DNA from: Acidobacteriota bacterium | Lineage (GTDB): Bacteria > Acidobacteriota > UBA890 > WLXD01 | Assembly (NCBI GenBank): GCA_963666055.2 | Contig: CAXWPH010000005.1 | Location: 93,758-157,757 of the forward strand | Reading direction: 5' to 3' | Length of the DNA stretch: 64,000 nt | Shown: in pieces, positions 29,149 through 38,072 of the stretch | How the letters are laid out: every line of letters starts with the position of its first letter | Numbering within the stretch: position 1 is the first letter of the stretch | Notes under the pieces: model-generated | What the model was told of the DNA's origin: nothing | Database searches by the model: none | The model's input: the letters and a program-made list of their open reading frames with translations, nothing else | Made by a program: the position numbers and the translations under genes

Positions 29149-30393
29149 CTAGACAGGCCGCAGCATCGGCACCACCTTACCGCCCTCAGCACTCAGGTAA
29201 GCGGCCCAGTCTTCCATCAGCTTCCGGCGCCGCTCCAGCAGGTCCGAGCGCGCATAGGCCGCCTCGGTCGGGTCGCGCACCGCATGCGCCAGCGCCGCCT
29301 CCATGACCGCCCGCGGTGCGTTGGTGCACTCCGCCGCCCAGTCCCGGAACGATGAGCGAAACCCGTGCGGCACCGCTTCAATGCCCAGCTGCCGCAGCAC
29401 CCGGGAAAGGGTCGCGTCCGCCAGCGGCCTGCCGGCCCGTGCACCGGGAAACACCAGCCCCTCGCCATCCCTGAGCCCCCGCGCCTGGCGCAGGATCTCC
29501 ATTGCCCGGCCCGATAGCGGTACCCGGTGGGCCCGGTTCGATTTCATGCGCTCGGGTGCAAGAGTCCACTCCCTCGCCTCCAGGTCCATCTCCTGCCAGG
29601 TAGCCAACCGCACCTCGCCGGAGCGGGCCGCCGTCAACACCAGAAACTCCAGGGCCAACTTCACCACCCCGGAGGCATCCGAAGCCCGCACCGCCTCGAT
29701 TGCACCGTCCACCTCGGCATGCGGCAACGCCCGCATGTGCTGTCGCCGCTTGCGGTGCCGTGGCAGCGCCTGGGTGATCGCCTCACCGGCCGGGTTGTCG
29801 CCACGGTACCCCTGCGCCACGGCCCACTTCATCACCGTACCGATGCGCGCCCGCACCCGCCGTGCGGTCTCGGCCTTGTCATGCCAGATCGGACCCAGTA
29901 CCTCCAACACCTCGGCCGTTGTCACCTCCGACACCGGCATCTCACCGATGCGCCCGTACGCATAGGTGCGCAACTCCGTTTTCCATTGCGCCGCATACTT
30001 GGCGTTGCGCCACCCGGGGCGGTGCATCTCATACACCTTGGCCGCTGCTTGCGCGAACGTCGGCATGCCCTCGGCCCGGCGCTTGTCTGCCAGAGGGTCA
30101 CCGCCGGCACGGGCCAGCTTGCGGTTGGCAAATGCCACCTCGCGGGCCTCCGACAGTGACACCAAGGGGTAGCCTCCGAGACCCAGTTCCCGGCGTCGGC
30201 CCTGGATCACGATCCGCTGTACCCAGCAGCGCGCTCCGCTCGGGATCACGTTCAGGTACAGGCCGTGTCCATCGCAGTACCGGCCCGGCTTCATTACCGT
30301 GCGTACGAACGCCGCCGACAGGGCCCGCTCCGGGTGCTTGCCGCTCTTGCGCCGTGGGCTGGGTTTCGGTGTAGTTGCTTGCGCATCGGACAT
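29149..30393 (-). CDS. P4-family tyrosine integrase with arm-binding domain
   Basis: PGRYCDGHGLYL, RRELGLGGYP, TAARSGEVR, HGFRSSFRDW, LAH and AYARSDLLERRR. Confidence 0.95.
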   Translation of the reverse strand: MSDAQATTPKPSPRRKSGKHPERALSAAFVRTVMKPGRYCDGHGLYLNVIPSGARCWVQRIVIQGRRRELGLGGYPLVSLSEAREVAFANRKLARAGGDPLADKRRAEGMPTFAQAAAKVYEMHRPGWRNAKYAAQWKTELRTYAYGRIGEMPVSEVTTAEVLEVLGPIWHDKAETARRVRARIGTVMKWAVAQGYRGDNPAGEAITQALPRHRKRRQHMRALPHAEVDGAIEAVRASDASGVVKLALEFLVLTAARSGEVRLATWQEMDLEAREWTLAPERMKSNRAHRVPLSGRAMEILRQARGLRDGEGLVFPGARAGRPLADATLSRVLRQLGIEAVPHGFRSSFRDWAAECTNAPRAVMEAALAHAVRDPTEAAYARSDLLERRRKLMEDWAAYLSAEGGKVVPMLRPV

Positions 30394-30410
30394 ATTCTGC
30401 GTCCCCCTCT

Positions 30411-30440
30411 CATTCCACCATTAGAGGCTGGAATATAGCG
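30411..30440. repeat. Probable integrase arm-type site (right)
   Basis: CATTCCA-CCATTAGAGGC-TGGAAT-ATAGCG, similar to 16558-16588. Confidence 0.6.
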
Positions 30441-30543
30441 GATTTCACGGGAACACGCAAGATGGCCGAATACTCGTAACTATCTGACTCTACTGATGCT
30501 TAGGGACTAATAGGTCAACTTAGGAATGCACCGGATCTGAACG

Positions 30544-30558
30544 ATGGCAGACAAACCG
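30544..30558. repeat. Right att junction: arm ATGGCAGA plus core CAAACCG
   Basis: Direct repeat of 16478-16484 at the point where permease similarity breaks. Confidence 0.85.
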
Positions 30559-30899
30559 AGGGCCAGCGTCAGGGTTGCGGTGATCGTGTGGGAAGGCGCG
30601 GCGCGCAAGCTTCGCAGAGCCTGCCGGAAGTCGTCGAGCAAGGCGGTCACGCGGTCCTCGAGATCGGGGGATGGGCTGCTGGCGGAACCTCGGGCGAACA
30701 CCTCTCGCACATACGCCGCCGGCACGCGGGCGCCGAACACCACCAGCTCACGCCAATACCAGATATGCGCTGGCAGGGCCCCGCGCGTGCCGCGGATGCG
30801 CTCGAAGCGTTCGCACAAATCGCCGATCGCTTCCTCGGCACCAGGGCCGCGCAGCAAGCGCCGCAGGAGAACGATCGAACGGGGTGCGCGGACGCTCAT
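30552..30899 (-). pseudogene. ADOP-type ABC permease, 5' part (116 codons)
   Basis: EEAIGDLCERF...WYWRE...DDFRQALRSLRAAPSHTITATLTLALGL; ATGA overlap with padR. Confidence 0.88.
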
Positions 30900-31231
30900 G
30901 CGTTTCCGTCGCGCAGCGTCGGATCGAGCCCGTCCCACATAGCGAACAGGGCGCCGGCGGCCGAGCGTAGTCGCTCCCGCCCCAACTCGGTGACCTCGAA
31001 GTAGCGCTTTGCACGTCCGCCGCGCTCGTGGGAAGCGTCACCGACACGCGCCGCCACGAGCGCCTTTTTCTCGAGCCGTTGCAAAGCGATATAGGTGGCC
31101 GCCTGCGACACCCGCCGGCTGGTCCGCTCTTCCACCTCGCTCAAGATCGAGACGCCGTATGCGTTGTCACCGAGGCGCAGGATGGCGAGCAGGATGAGGT
31201 GCTCGAATTCGCCGAGTGCGTGTCTGGCCAC
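30896..31231 (-). CDS. PadR family transcriptional regulator
   Basis: LGEFEHLILLAILRL..AYG...TYIALQRLEKK...RAKRYFEVTELG. Confidence 0.92.
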   Translation of the reverse strand: MARHALGEFEHLILLAILRLGDNAYGVSILSEVEERTSRRVSQAATYIALQRLEKKALVAARVGDASHERGGRAKRYFEVTELGRERLRSAAGALFAMWDGLDPTLRDGNA

Positions 31232-31265
31232 GGAAGCACCTACGTTGGGGTTGGAGTACGCCGAT

Positions 31266-31295
31266 CAATGTACCTAGCAACGATAAGTAGCATTG
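31266..31295. promoter_or_regulatory. Imperfect palindrome upstream of padR, candidate operator
   Basis: CAATGTACCTA-GCAACGA-TAAGTAGCATTG. Confidence 0.5.
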
Positions 31296-31325
31296 CTGAG
31301 GAAATCAAGGACTCGCCCCGAAGAC

Positions 31326-32554
31326 TCAAGCCTCGATCAGCGAGATGAGACGTTCGACCGCCTCCTTTACGAACGCCGGATCCTCGGCGTGCAGGTCGGC
31401 GCTCGAGTAGCTCCGATGTTATCCGGCAGCCCGGCCTTGATCTCCGCCAGGAAGGCCTCGTCGCCGACCGGGTCGTGGAGCTGGGCGCCCCTCCACCGCG
31501 TAGCGGCTGGTGCCGCGCTTGGGCATCATGAAATAGGCCTTGTCGGTTGTATGCGAAAGGCGTCTGTTCACCTCCTGCGCCACCGCCACCATCTCTTCCA
31601 CCTTCAGCCGGATCGCCAGAATGATCGGGTTGTGGGAAGGCCACCTCGTAGTCCCGGTAGCGCTCCGGAATCGTGTTGGGCTCGGTCAGCAGACCGATGT
31701 GCTCGAGCCCACCCGGACAGATGACCTGTGGCAGGCCGAGATCGCCGGCAACGGTCAGGCGCTCCGGCCCCCCATCGCGTAGGCCGTCGAACATGTGGTC
31801 AGGGATCTCTCCGAGACCGTAGTCGAAGACGGCGCCGATGAGGCCGTCCTTCATCATCTGCTCCATGGCGCGGCCGCCGGAGCCCACCGCGTGGAAGACG
31901 ATCACCTCGTACCCGGCGTCGTGGGAAGTACCCGAGCGCCAGCATCGCCCCCTCGGTGAGCACCCCGAGGTTGGTCATGCCGACAAGAGGCTTGGCGCCG
32001 GGGGCGATGTCCAGCGTGACGCGCGAGCAGGCCATGCCATAGGTGGCGGCGGCAGCGTTCGCCAGCATTTTCCTGGTAACCGGGTTGAGCCCGAGGATGT
32101 CGCCGACGCTGAACATCATGGTGATGTCCTTAATGCCGACGAAGGCCGAGGTGTCGCCCGATGCCGCGGTTGAGACCATGACCTTGGGGAAGCCGTACGG
32201 CAGCCCCTGCATGACGCCCGTGCAGTTGGAGGTGCCCTGGGTGCCGCCGAGCCCCGACGACGCCGTGGATCTCGCCCTTGCGAGATACGCTCCAGCAGCA
32301 GGCGCATCGCACCGGCGACCATCACCGGCGAGGCTGCCTGGCGCGTCGGAGCCTCGAGGATCTCGTCGAGCGGCGTTCCACCCGCCGCCGCGACCTCGGC
32401 GCGTGACACGCCTGGCTCGACGGCGGGATCACCGACGACGCCGATGTCCATCAGCAGCGTGGCGCCGCCCATCGCCTCGATCTGGTCCGGCGACGTAGCG
32501 CGCCTCGTTGCCCTTGGTGTCGAGGGTCGCCAGCACGACGACGGTCTTGCTCAC
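31326..32554 (-). pseudogene. Tm-1-like ATP-binding (UPF0261) protein with multiple frameshifts
   Basis: VVVLATLDTKGNE, LPYGFPKVMVSTAASG, VFHAVGSGGRAME, RLTVAG and DPAFVKEAVE are spread over several frames. Confidence 0.85.
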
Positions 32555-32562
32555 GTCACTCC

Positions 32563-33400
32563 TCAGCTGCCGAAGGACAGCTCGCGAAACTCGGCCGCCG
32601 TGGCCAAGACCGCGCGCTCGATCGGCAGGCGCTCGGTCGAAGAGCCCGTCCAGAACCCGTTCCCGGTGGTGTGGTTGAGCATGTATTGCGCGTCGTCCGG
32701 ATTCTCCATCGCGGCGCCGTGCGCGATGAGGATGGTCTCCGGGTTGATCTCGCGGACCTTGGCGTACACTTCCTCGGTGCGCTCGGCCGTCAATTCGATC
32801 GTCTCGCCCGAGTCGTAGCCACGGATACCGCCCTTCGTGGTTCCGGCGTGGAAGCAGAAGACGTCCGGGGCGGCCTCTTCGATCATGCGGATGCTGTCCT
32901 CCATGTCGAAGGCGAGGCCGACGCTCACCATGTCCATCTCCTTGGTCAGCTTGAGCATGTCGATCTCCACCTGGAAGGTGATGCCGCTCTGGCGCAGCAC
33001 CTTGCGAAGGTTGGAGTCCTTGTCGACGTAGCTGACCGACGGTCCGATGTTCGAGGCCGACGCGACCCCCATGTTCTTGAGGTCCTGGAGCACCGTGCGC
33101 ATGTCGCGCAGCGGATCGTTCGGATTGAGACAGGCGCAGATGAACGCGTCGCCTTTGATCGCCGGCAGGATGTCCTGCTGGGTGTAATCGAGGGTCTGTT
33201 TGTTGGAGTCGATGCTCGGCCACATCATCGACATCGTTCCCCAGCCGTTGGCGCGCAGTCGAGCGCCGCAGAACGTGTTGATACAGTCGACACCGGCCTG
33301 CTCCAGTAGCTTGGCCACCAGCCCGTTGCCGGCGCTGGAGATCATGATCGGTGTGTGTGCGTCGAGCTTTTTCTGAAGCTTGTTGAGGATTTCTTGGCCG
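32563..33400 (-). CDS. TIM-barrel signal transduction / PEP hydrolase family protein, 5' end damaged
   Basis: AGNGLVAKLLEQAGVD, CFHAGTTKGG and GFWTGSSTERLP; the upstream GQEILNKLQKK has no in-frame start codon. Confidence 0.8.
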
Positions 33401-33588
33401 GGAGGTGCGGGGTGAGATCACGGGAGGAACTCCGTTGGTGTTTTCGGGAAGGGACGCTCGCAGCCGTGACAGGATTCAGGCAAGTTCGAGTCGGACCGGA
33501 GGCCGCGATGGTGGCACGACTTTGACGGCAACCAGGTCCGGCTGCAACTCTTCGTACCGAACATCATCCAACCTGGAGGTGGCACGCC

Positions 33589-35499
33589 ATGCGCGTTGAA
33601 TCGACAACGGTCCTTGGAGTCGCCCTTGGCGCGCTGATCTGCTTGGCGGCGTTTGCCTTTCCGAAGGCCCACGGCCAGACACCCGACAGCCAGGACGGGG
33701 TACTGGGAACGATCGCTCCGTTCAACAGCTACGGGCACGTTTACGACGAGAACAGCCTCGAAGCCATGCGGCCGCGGATCATGGGAACCCACGGCGCCGT
33801 CTCCACCGGACACTACCTGGCTACCACTGCCGGTCTGGAGATGCTCAAGGCCGGCGGCAACGCTTTCGATGCGGGGGTCACCGCCGCGATGGCGCTGAAG
33901 GTGACCAAGATGGCGTATGCCGGCTGGACGGGGGTCGCGCCGCTGATCCTCTACAGTGCCGAGGAAGACCAGGTCGTCACCCGTATCGGAGCCGGTCGCA
34001 GCCCGGCGCTGGCGACGCTCGACCATTTCCTGCAGCACGGCAAGACGGCCATCAACACCGCGCTGGTGCCGGCCGACGTCGATGTCTGGTTGGCGGCGCT
34101 CGAGCGCTACGGGACCATCAGCTTTGCGACATCGGCGCGACCGGCGCTCGAGATCGCCGAGAACGGCTACCACCTGTACAAGATGCAGAAGTGGCTGATC
34201 GAGGAGTACACCGACGACATCCTGCTGTTTCCGTACAACGTCGACTTCTGGTTCCAGCACGGTATAGGCGACCAGAGGCTCGGTGACCTCATGGTCAACA
34301 GCGACCTCGGCAAGCTGATCCGCTACATGATCGCTGCCGAGGAGAAAGCTCTGGCCGGCGGCGCAACTCGAGCGGCCGGGATCCGGGCCGCCCGGGATGC
34401 CTTCTACAAGGGCGATCCCGCCCGGGCGGTGGACCGCTATTTCCGTCAGGAAAACGGTCTGGTTCGGTACGAGGACCTGGCGAGCTACGAGGGTGGATGG
34501 ATGGAGCCAATCCACACCACGTTCATGGAACACGACGTGTATGTCTGTGACGGCTGGTCGCAGGGACCGCGGTTGATCCTGTTTCTCAATATTCTCGAGA
34601 ACTTCGACCTGCGCGCCCTGGGCTACAACACGCCCGCGTACATTCACCTGATCTCGCAGGCGATCAACCTGGCGATGTCGGACTCGCACAAGTACGTCGG
34701 CGACCCGACGCTGGTCGACACACCGAAGAACCTGTACTCGAAGGAGTACGCTCGTCGACGCGCCGAGCTCATCGACATGCAGAAGGCGTTCGACGACATG
34801 CCTCCGTGGGGCGATCCGGCCAGGATGGTCGCGGTCGCCGGCGACTCTCCCAGCCGCTTTCTTGCGGATCGATCGTCGGCGGTGGAGACGTTGCCAGCAG
34901 ACAACCGGCCGGCGCTCGACACCACCTCGTTGAATGTCATCGACGCCGCCGGCAACCTGTTCTCGATGACCGAGAGCGATGGCCATGTCGACTCACCCAT
35001 GATCCCGGGCTGGGGCTTTGGCCTCGGCAACCGCATGGGGCAGTTCAACCTCGACCCAAGCCTAGCCAACGTCATGGCGCCGAGGAAGCGGCCGAGAAAC
35101 ACCAACAGCCCGGTCTTACTGATGCGAGACGGAGCGCCCTTCATGGGCCTCTCGACCCCGGGTGGTGACCAGCAGATGCAGGCGTTGTTGCAGGTCATAC
35201 TCAACGTCGTCGTGTGGGAGATGTCACCCGAGAGCGCTCTCGACCAGCCGAGGTTTGGCAGCTACAACTTCCCGGCGACCGGCTCCGAGATCAACCACAA
35301 CCCGGCCAAGCTGAAGCTCGAAGACAGGATCCCCCTCGCGACCGCTGAGACCTTGCGAGGCTTGGGGCACGACGTCGAGTCGTGGGGGCTGTGGAACTGG
35401 CGGGCCGGTGCTCCGACGGTGACTTACGGTGAGCCTCAGAGCGGGGTTCTGATCGCCGCCGGCGACGTCCGACGGGAAACCGCGGCCGTCGCTTATTGA
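33589..35499 (+). CDS. ggt: Gamma-glutamyltransferase family protein
   Basis: GGNAFDAGV, catalytic Thr in DTTSLNVIDAAGN, and TPGGDQQ; signal peptide. Confidence 0.9.
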   Translation: MRVESTTVLGVALGALICLAAFAFPKAHGQTPDSQDGVLGTIAPFNSYGHVYDENSLEAMRPRIMGTHGAVSTGHYLATTAGLEMLKAGGNAFDAGVTAAMALKVTKMAYAGWTGVAPLILYSAEEDQVVTRIGAGRSPALATLDHFLQHGKTAINTALVPADVDVWLAALERYGTISFATSARPALEIAENGYHLYKMQKWLIEEYTDDILLFPYNVDFWFQHGIGDQRLGDLMVNSDLGKLIRYMIAAEEKALAGGATRAAGIRAARDAFYKGDPARAVDRYFRQENGLVRYEDLASYEGGWMEPIHTTFMEHDVYVCDGWSQGPRLILFLNILENFDLRALGYNTPAYIHLISQAINLAMSDSHKYVGDPTLVDTPKNLYSKEYARRRAELIDMQKAFDDMPPWGDPARMVAVAGDSPSRFLADRSSAVETLPADNRPALDTTSLNVIDAAGNLFSMTESDGHVDSPMIPGWGFGLGNRMGQFNLDPSLANVMAPRKRPRNTNSPVLLMRDGAPFMGLSTPGGDQQMQALLQVILNVVVWEMSPESALDQPRFGSYNFPATGSEINHNPAKLKLEDRIPLATAETLRGLGHDVESWGLWNWRAGAPTVTYGEPQSGVLIAAGDVRRETAAVAY

Positions 35500-35641
35500 T
35501 CCGAGCCGATGGCGGGAGGTTCCCATCGTGGGGATCGACGGCATGCTATCGTCCAACGGCGAGGCCAAGACGAACGGGCAAGAAGGCGTCCACCCAGGAC
35601 GTTCCGCAGACGCGCAGTCCAGCATCGAGAGAGGGAAGCGT

Positions 35642-36244
35642 ATGGCAGAAGCGGTACGCAGAATCAGCAAGCTCGATGACCTGACCGAGGCAGATGCTCG
35701 GCGGATGGACGAGCTTTCCGAGCAGCTGCGGCCGCCGCCGGCAGAAATCCTGCTCGATCTGCTCAGGCGGATGGAGAGCGTCGGGACCGCTGAGTACACC
35801 GAGCTCGACATGGTAACGGTGTACGAGCACAGCCTGCAGGCAGCGACGCGCGCGTACCACGATGGCGAGGACGAAGAGACGGTCGTCGTCGCACTCTTGC
35901 ACGATATCGCCGACCAGCTGTCGCCCTACAACCACGACGACGTCGGTGCCGAGATCCTGCGTCCCTACATCTCCGACAACCACTACTGGATGCTCAAGCA
36001 CCACGGTATCTTTCAGCTGTTCCACATCCGCAAGGGAACGCACCAGGACGGCAACGTCCGCGACCAGTACCGCGACCATCCGGCGTACAAGCAGACGGTG
36101 CGCTTCTGCGCCAAGTACGACCAGACCGCGTTCGACCCCGACTACGAGTCGCTGCCGTTGAGCTTCTTCGAGCCGATGGTGAGGCGGGTGATCAACCCGG
36201 AGCGCGCGCGAGCGTTCGAGGCCGCGAGGTTCGGCGACGCCTAG
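35642..36244 (+). CDS. HD domain metalloenzyme (PhnZ-like)
   Basis: EHSLQAAT, ALLHDI, NHDDVG, KHHGIFQ and YDQTAFD. Confidence 0.8.
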   Translation: MAEAVRRISKLDDLTEADARRMDELSEQLRPPPAEILLDLLRRMESVGTAEYTELDMVTVYEHSLQAATRAYHDGEDEETVVVALLHDIADQLSPYNHDDVGAEILRPYISDNHYWMLKHHGIFQLFHIRKGTHQDGNVRDQYRDHPAYKQTVRFCAKYDQTAFDPDYESLPLSFFEPMVRRVINPERARAFEAARFGDA

Positions 36245-36250
36245 CTGTCG

Positions 36251-37774
36251 CTATAGGACGTCGGCGAACATCTCACGGTAGTGCCGGTACCAGTCGCTCT
36301 GAAACCGCTCTTCCGGGTCGTGCCGTTGCTTCAGGCGCAGGAACTCGGGGAATCGCGGATAACCCGCCTCCACCTGTTGCCGCGACGCGTACCGGTGGTA
36401 GGTCAGGTAGTAGCTACCGCCGCGGGCAAGTACCAGGTCGATCAGGCGCCGGAAGGTCGCGCTGGAGTGCTCGATGCCCGCCGGCGTGTGCACCGTGTGG
36501 ATGTTGAAGATGATGCAGGCCCACGGTTGCCTCGCCCACGCCAGGAAGCTTTCGTCGTCTTGTTCGATCAAGCGGACCGTGCCGTAGATGACGCTGACGG
36601 CGTTGAGCCGAAAATCCTCGCGCGCCGCGCCCATGAAGTCGGCGAGTCGCTCGCGCGGCACGTAGATCTCGGTGATCGGGTCGGTCGCCTTGTCGGGCTC
36701 GTCGAACTGCTGGGTGAGCACCTGGTGGTAGTCGTCGTAGTAATTGCTCAGCTGGTGAGTATCGGACCAGTAGCGTTGGCTCGTGGTGGACAGGTAGTAC
36801 TGGGCGTAGGATTCGAAGGCCAGCTGCTTGTCGACGTGTGACAGCGCCGCCAGGCGCATCCAGTCGTCGCCGGAGAGCTCGGGCACGTCGTCGGGCATCG
36901 TCGCGTCGTCGGCAAGCGGCCGGTAGCAAGCGAACACGCCGCGCGAAAGGAAATCGTCGGAGTTGTTGGCGATGCCGAACTGGAAGTCGCCGTAGAGGAA
37001 CCCGTCGGCAATGCGTTCCTCGAACGCCGGCATCAGGTTGTCGATATCGATGATCTCGACGATGCGCTCGAGCTTCCTGCGTACTCCGAGTCGCAAACGC
37101 AAAGACGCGATGACGCCGAAGCAGCCGTAGCCGCCTATCGCCAGGCGAAACAGCTCGACGTTCTCGTCGCGTGAACACCTCAGCGCCTCGCCTTTGGCGT
37201 TGATCAACACGAGCGACTCGACATCCTGGATGATCGGTCGGTGCACTAGGCCGCGGCCATGCACGTTGGCGGCCAGCGCGCCGCCGATGCTGAGACGGTC
37301 GGCGCCGGTCTGCTTCTGGACGATTCCCCAAGGGCGCGGCGACTCGGCTTGCGCCTCCGAGAGGTACTCGATCAGCTGCGGCCACTGGATCCCCGCCTCG
37401 ATATCGATGATTCCGGTGTCGGCGTCGAAGTCGAGCACGCGGCTCAATCCGCTGGTATCGAGCAGTACTGTATCGGTGCCGAACTGCTGCCCGCCCATGG
37501 CGTGGCGCCCGCCGGCGATGCTCACCGGTGCCCCTTCGGATCGGGCGTCGCGCAGCGCCGCTTGCAACGCGCCCACCGAGTCGGGCTCGACGATGCGCCG
37601 CACGGTTGTCGGGTTGAGCTGGGAGTGGATGTCGTTGACGACCACGCTCTCGGAGCTGCCCGCAACCGCCGCGGCCGAATCCGTGGGGGCCGGTTCCGAC
37701 CGCCGGCACGCGGCGGACGAACCGACGGCGACCAAGGCGCCGCTCGCTTGCAGGAAAGAACGTCGCGAGATCAT
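36251..37774 (-). CDS. Tat-exported FAD-binding oxidoreductase (FAD_binding_4)
   Basis: SRRSFL, GGRHAMGGQ, SIGGALAANVHGRG and AIGGYGCFGVI. Confidence 0.85.
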   Translation of the reverse strand: MISRRSFLQASGALVAVGSSAACRRSEPAPTDSAAAVAGSSESVVVNDIHSQLNPTTVRRIVEPDSVGALQAALRDARSEGAPVSIAGGRHAMGGQQFGTDTVLLDTSGLSRVLDFDADTGIIDIEAGIQWPQLIEYLSEAQAESPRPWGIVQKQTGADRLSIGGALAANVHGRGLVHRPIIQDVESLVLINAKGEALRCSRDENVELFRLAIGGYGCFGVIASLRLRLGVRRKLERIVEIIDIDNLMPAFEERIADGFLYGDFQFGIANNSDDFLSRGVFACYRPLADDATMPDDVPELSGDDWMRLAALSHVDKQLAFESYAQYYLSTTSQRYWSDTHQLSNYYDDYHQVLTQQFDEPDKATDPITEIYVPRERLADFMGAAREDFRLNAVSVIYGTVRLIEQDDESFLAWARQPWACIIFNIHTVHTPAGIEHSSATFRRLIDLVLARGGSYYLTYHRYASRQQVEAGYPRFPEFLRLKQRHDPEERFQSDWYRHYREMFADVL

Positions 37775-38072
37775 TTATTCAGCCGTCCAGCCTGGCAGTG
37801 GACCTCTTCGGGCGATGGGGCGACAACTCTCGAGAACCAATGTCCGCACATCCTCCCAGTCGTCGATGCTCGGGGCCGCGGCTTGCCCGAGGTCTCCGTC
37901 TAGATCAACAGATGGGCGCCGGGAGTGTCAAACCTGGCCCCTCGATCTGACAGTGCATCCGGGCCACGGAGAAACGATCTGTTGCCGGGCGGCCCTTTGG
38001 ACAACCCTTACGGCCTCCGACCTGGCACACTGGATACTGGCTCTGGGGGGCTTTGCTGTGTAAGGGGGTGCT

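Larger units (their letters stand above)
16485..30558 (-). mobile_element. Satellite-like integrative element, about 14.07 kb, inserted in the ADOP permease gene
   Basis: Integrase-AlpA-replication module at one end, core direct repeats, and a host gene split exactly in frame. Confidence 0.9.

Noticed and set aside
16485-30558. Complete prophage or conjugative element
   Set aside because: No capsid, terminase, tail, relaxase or type IV secretion genes are visible
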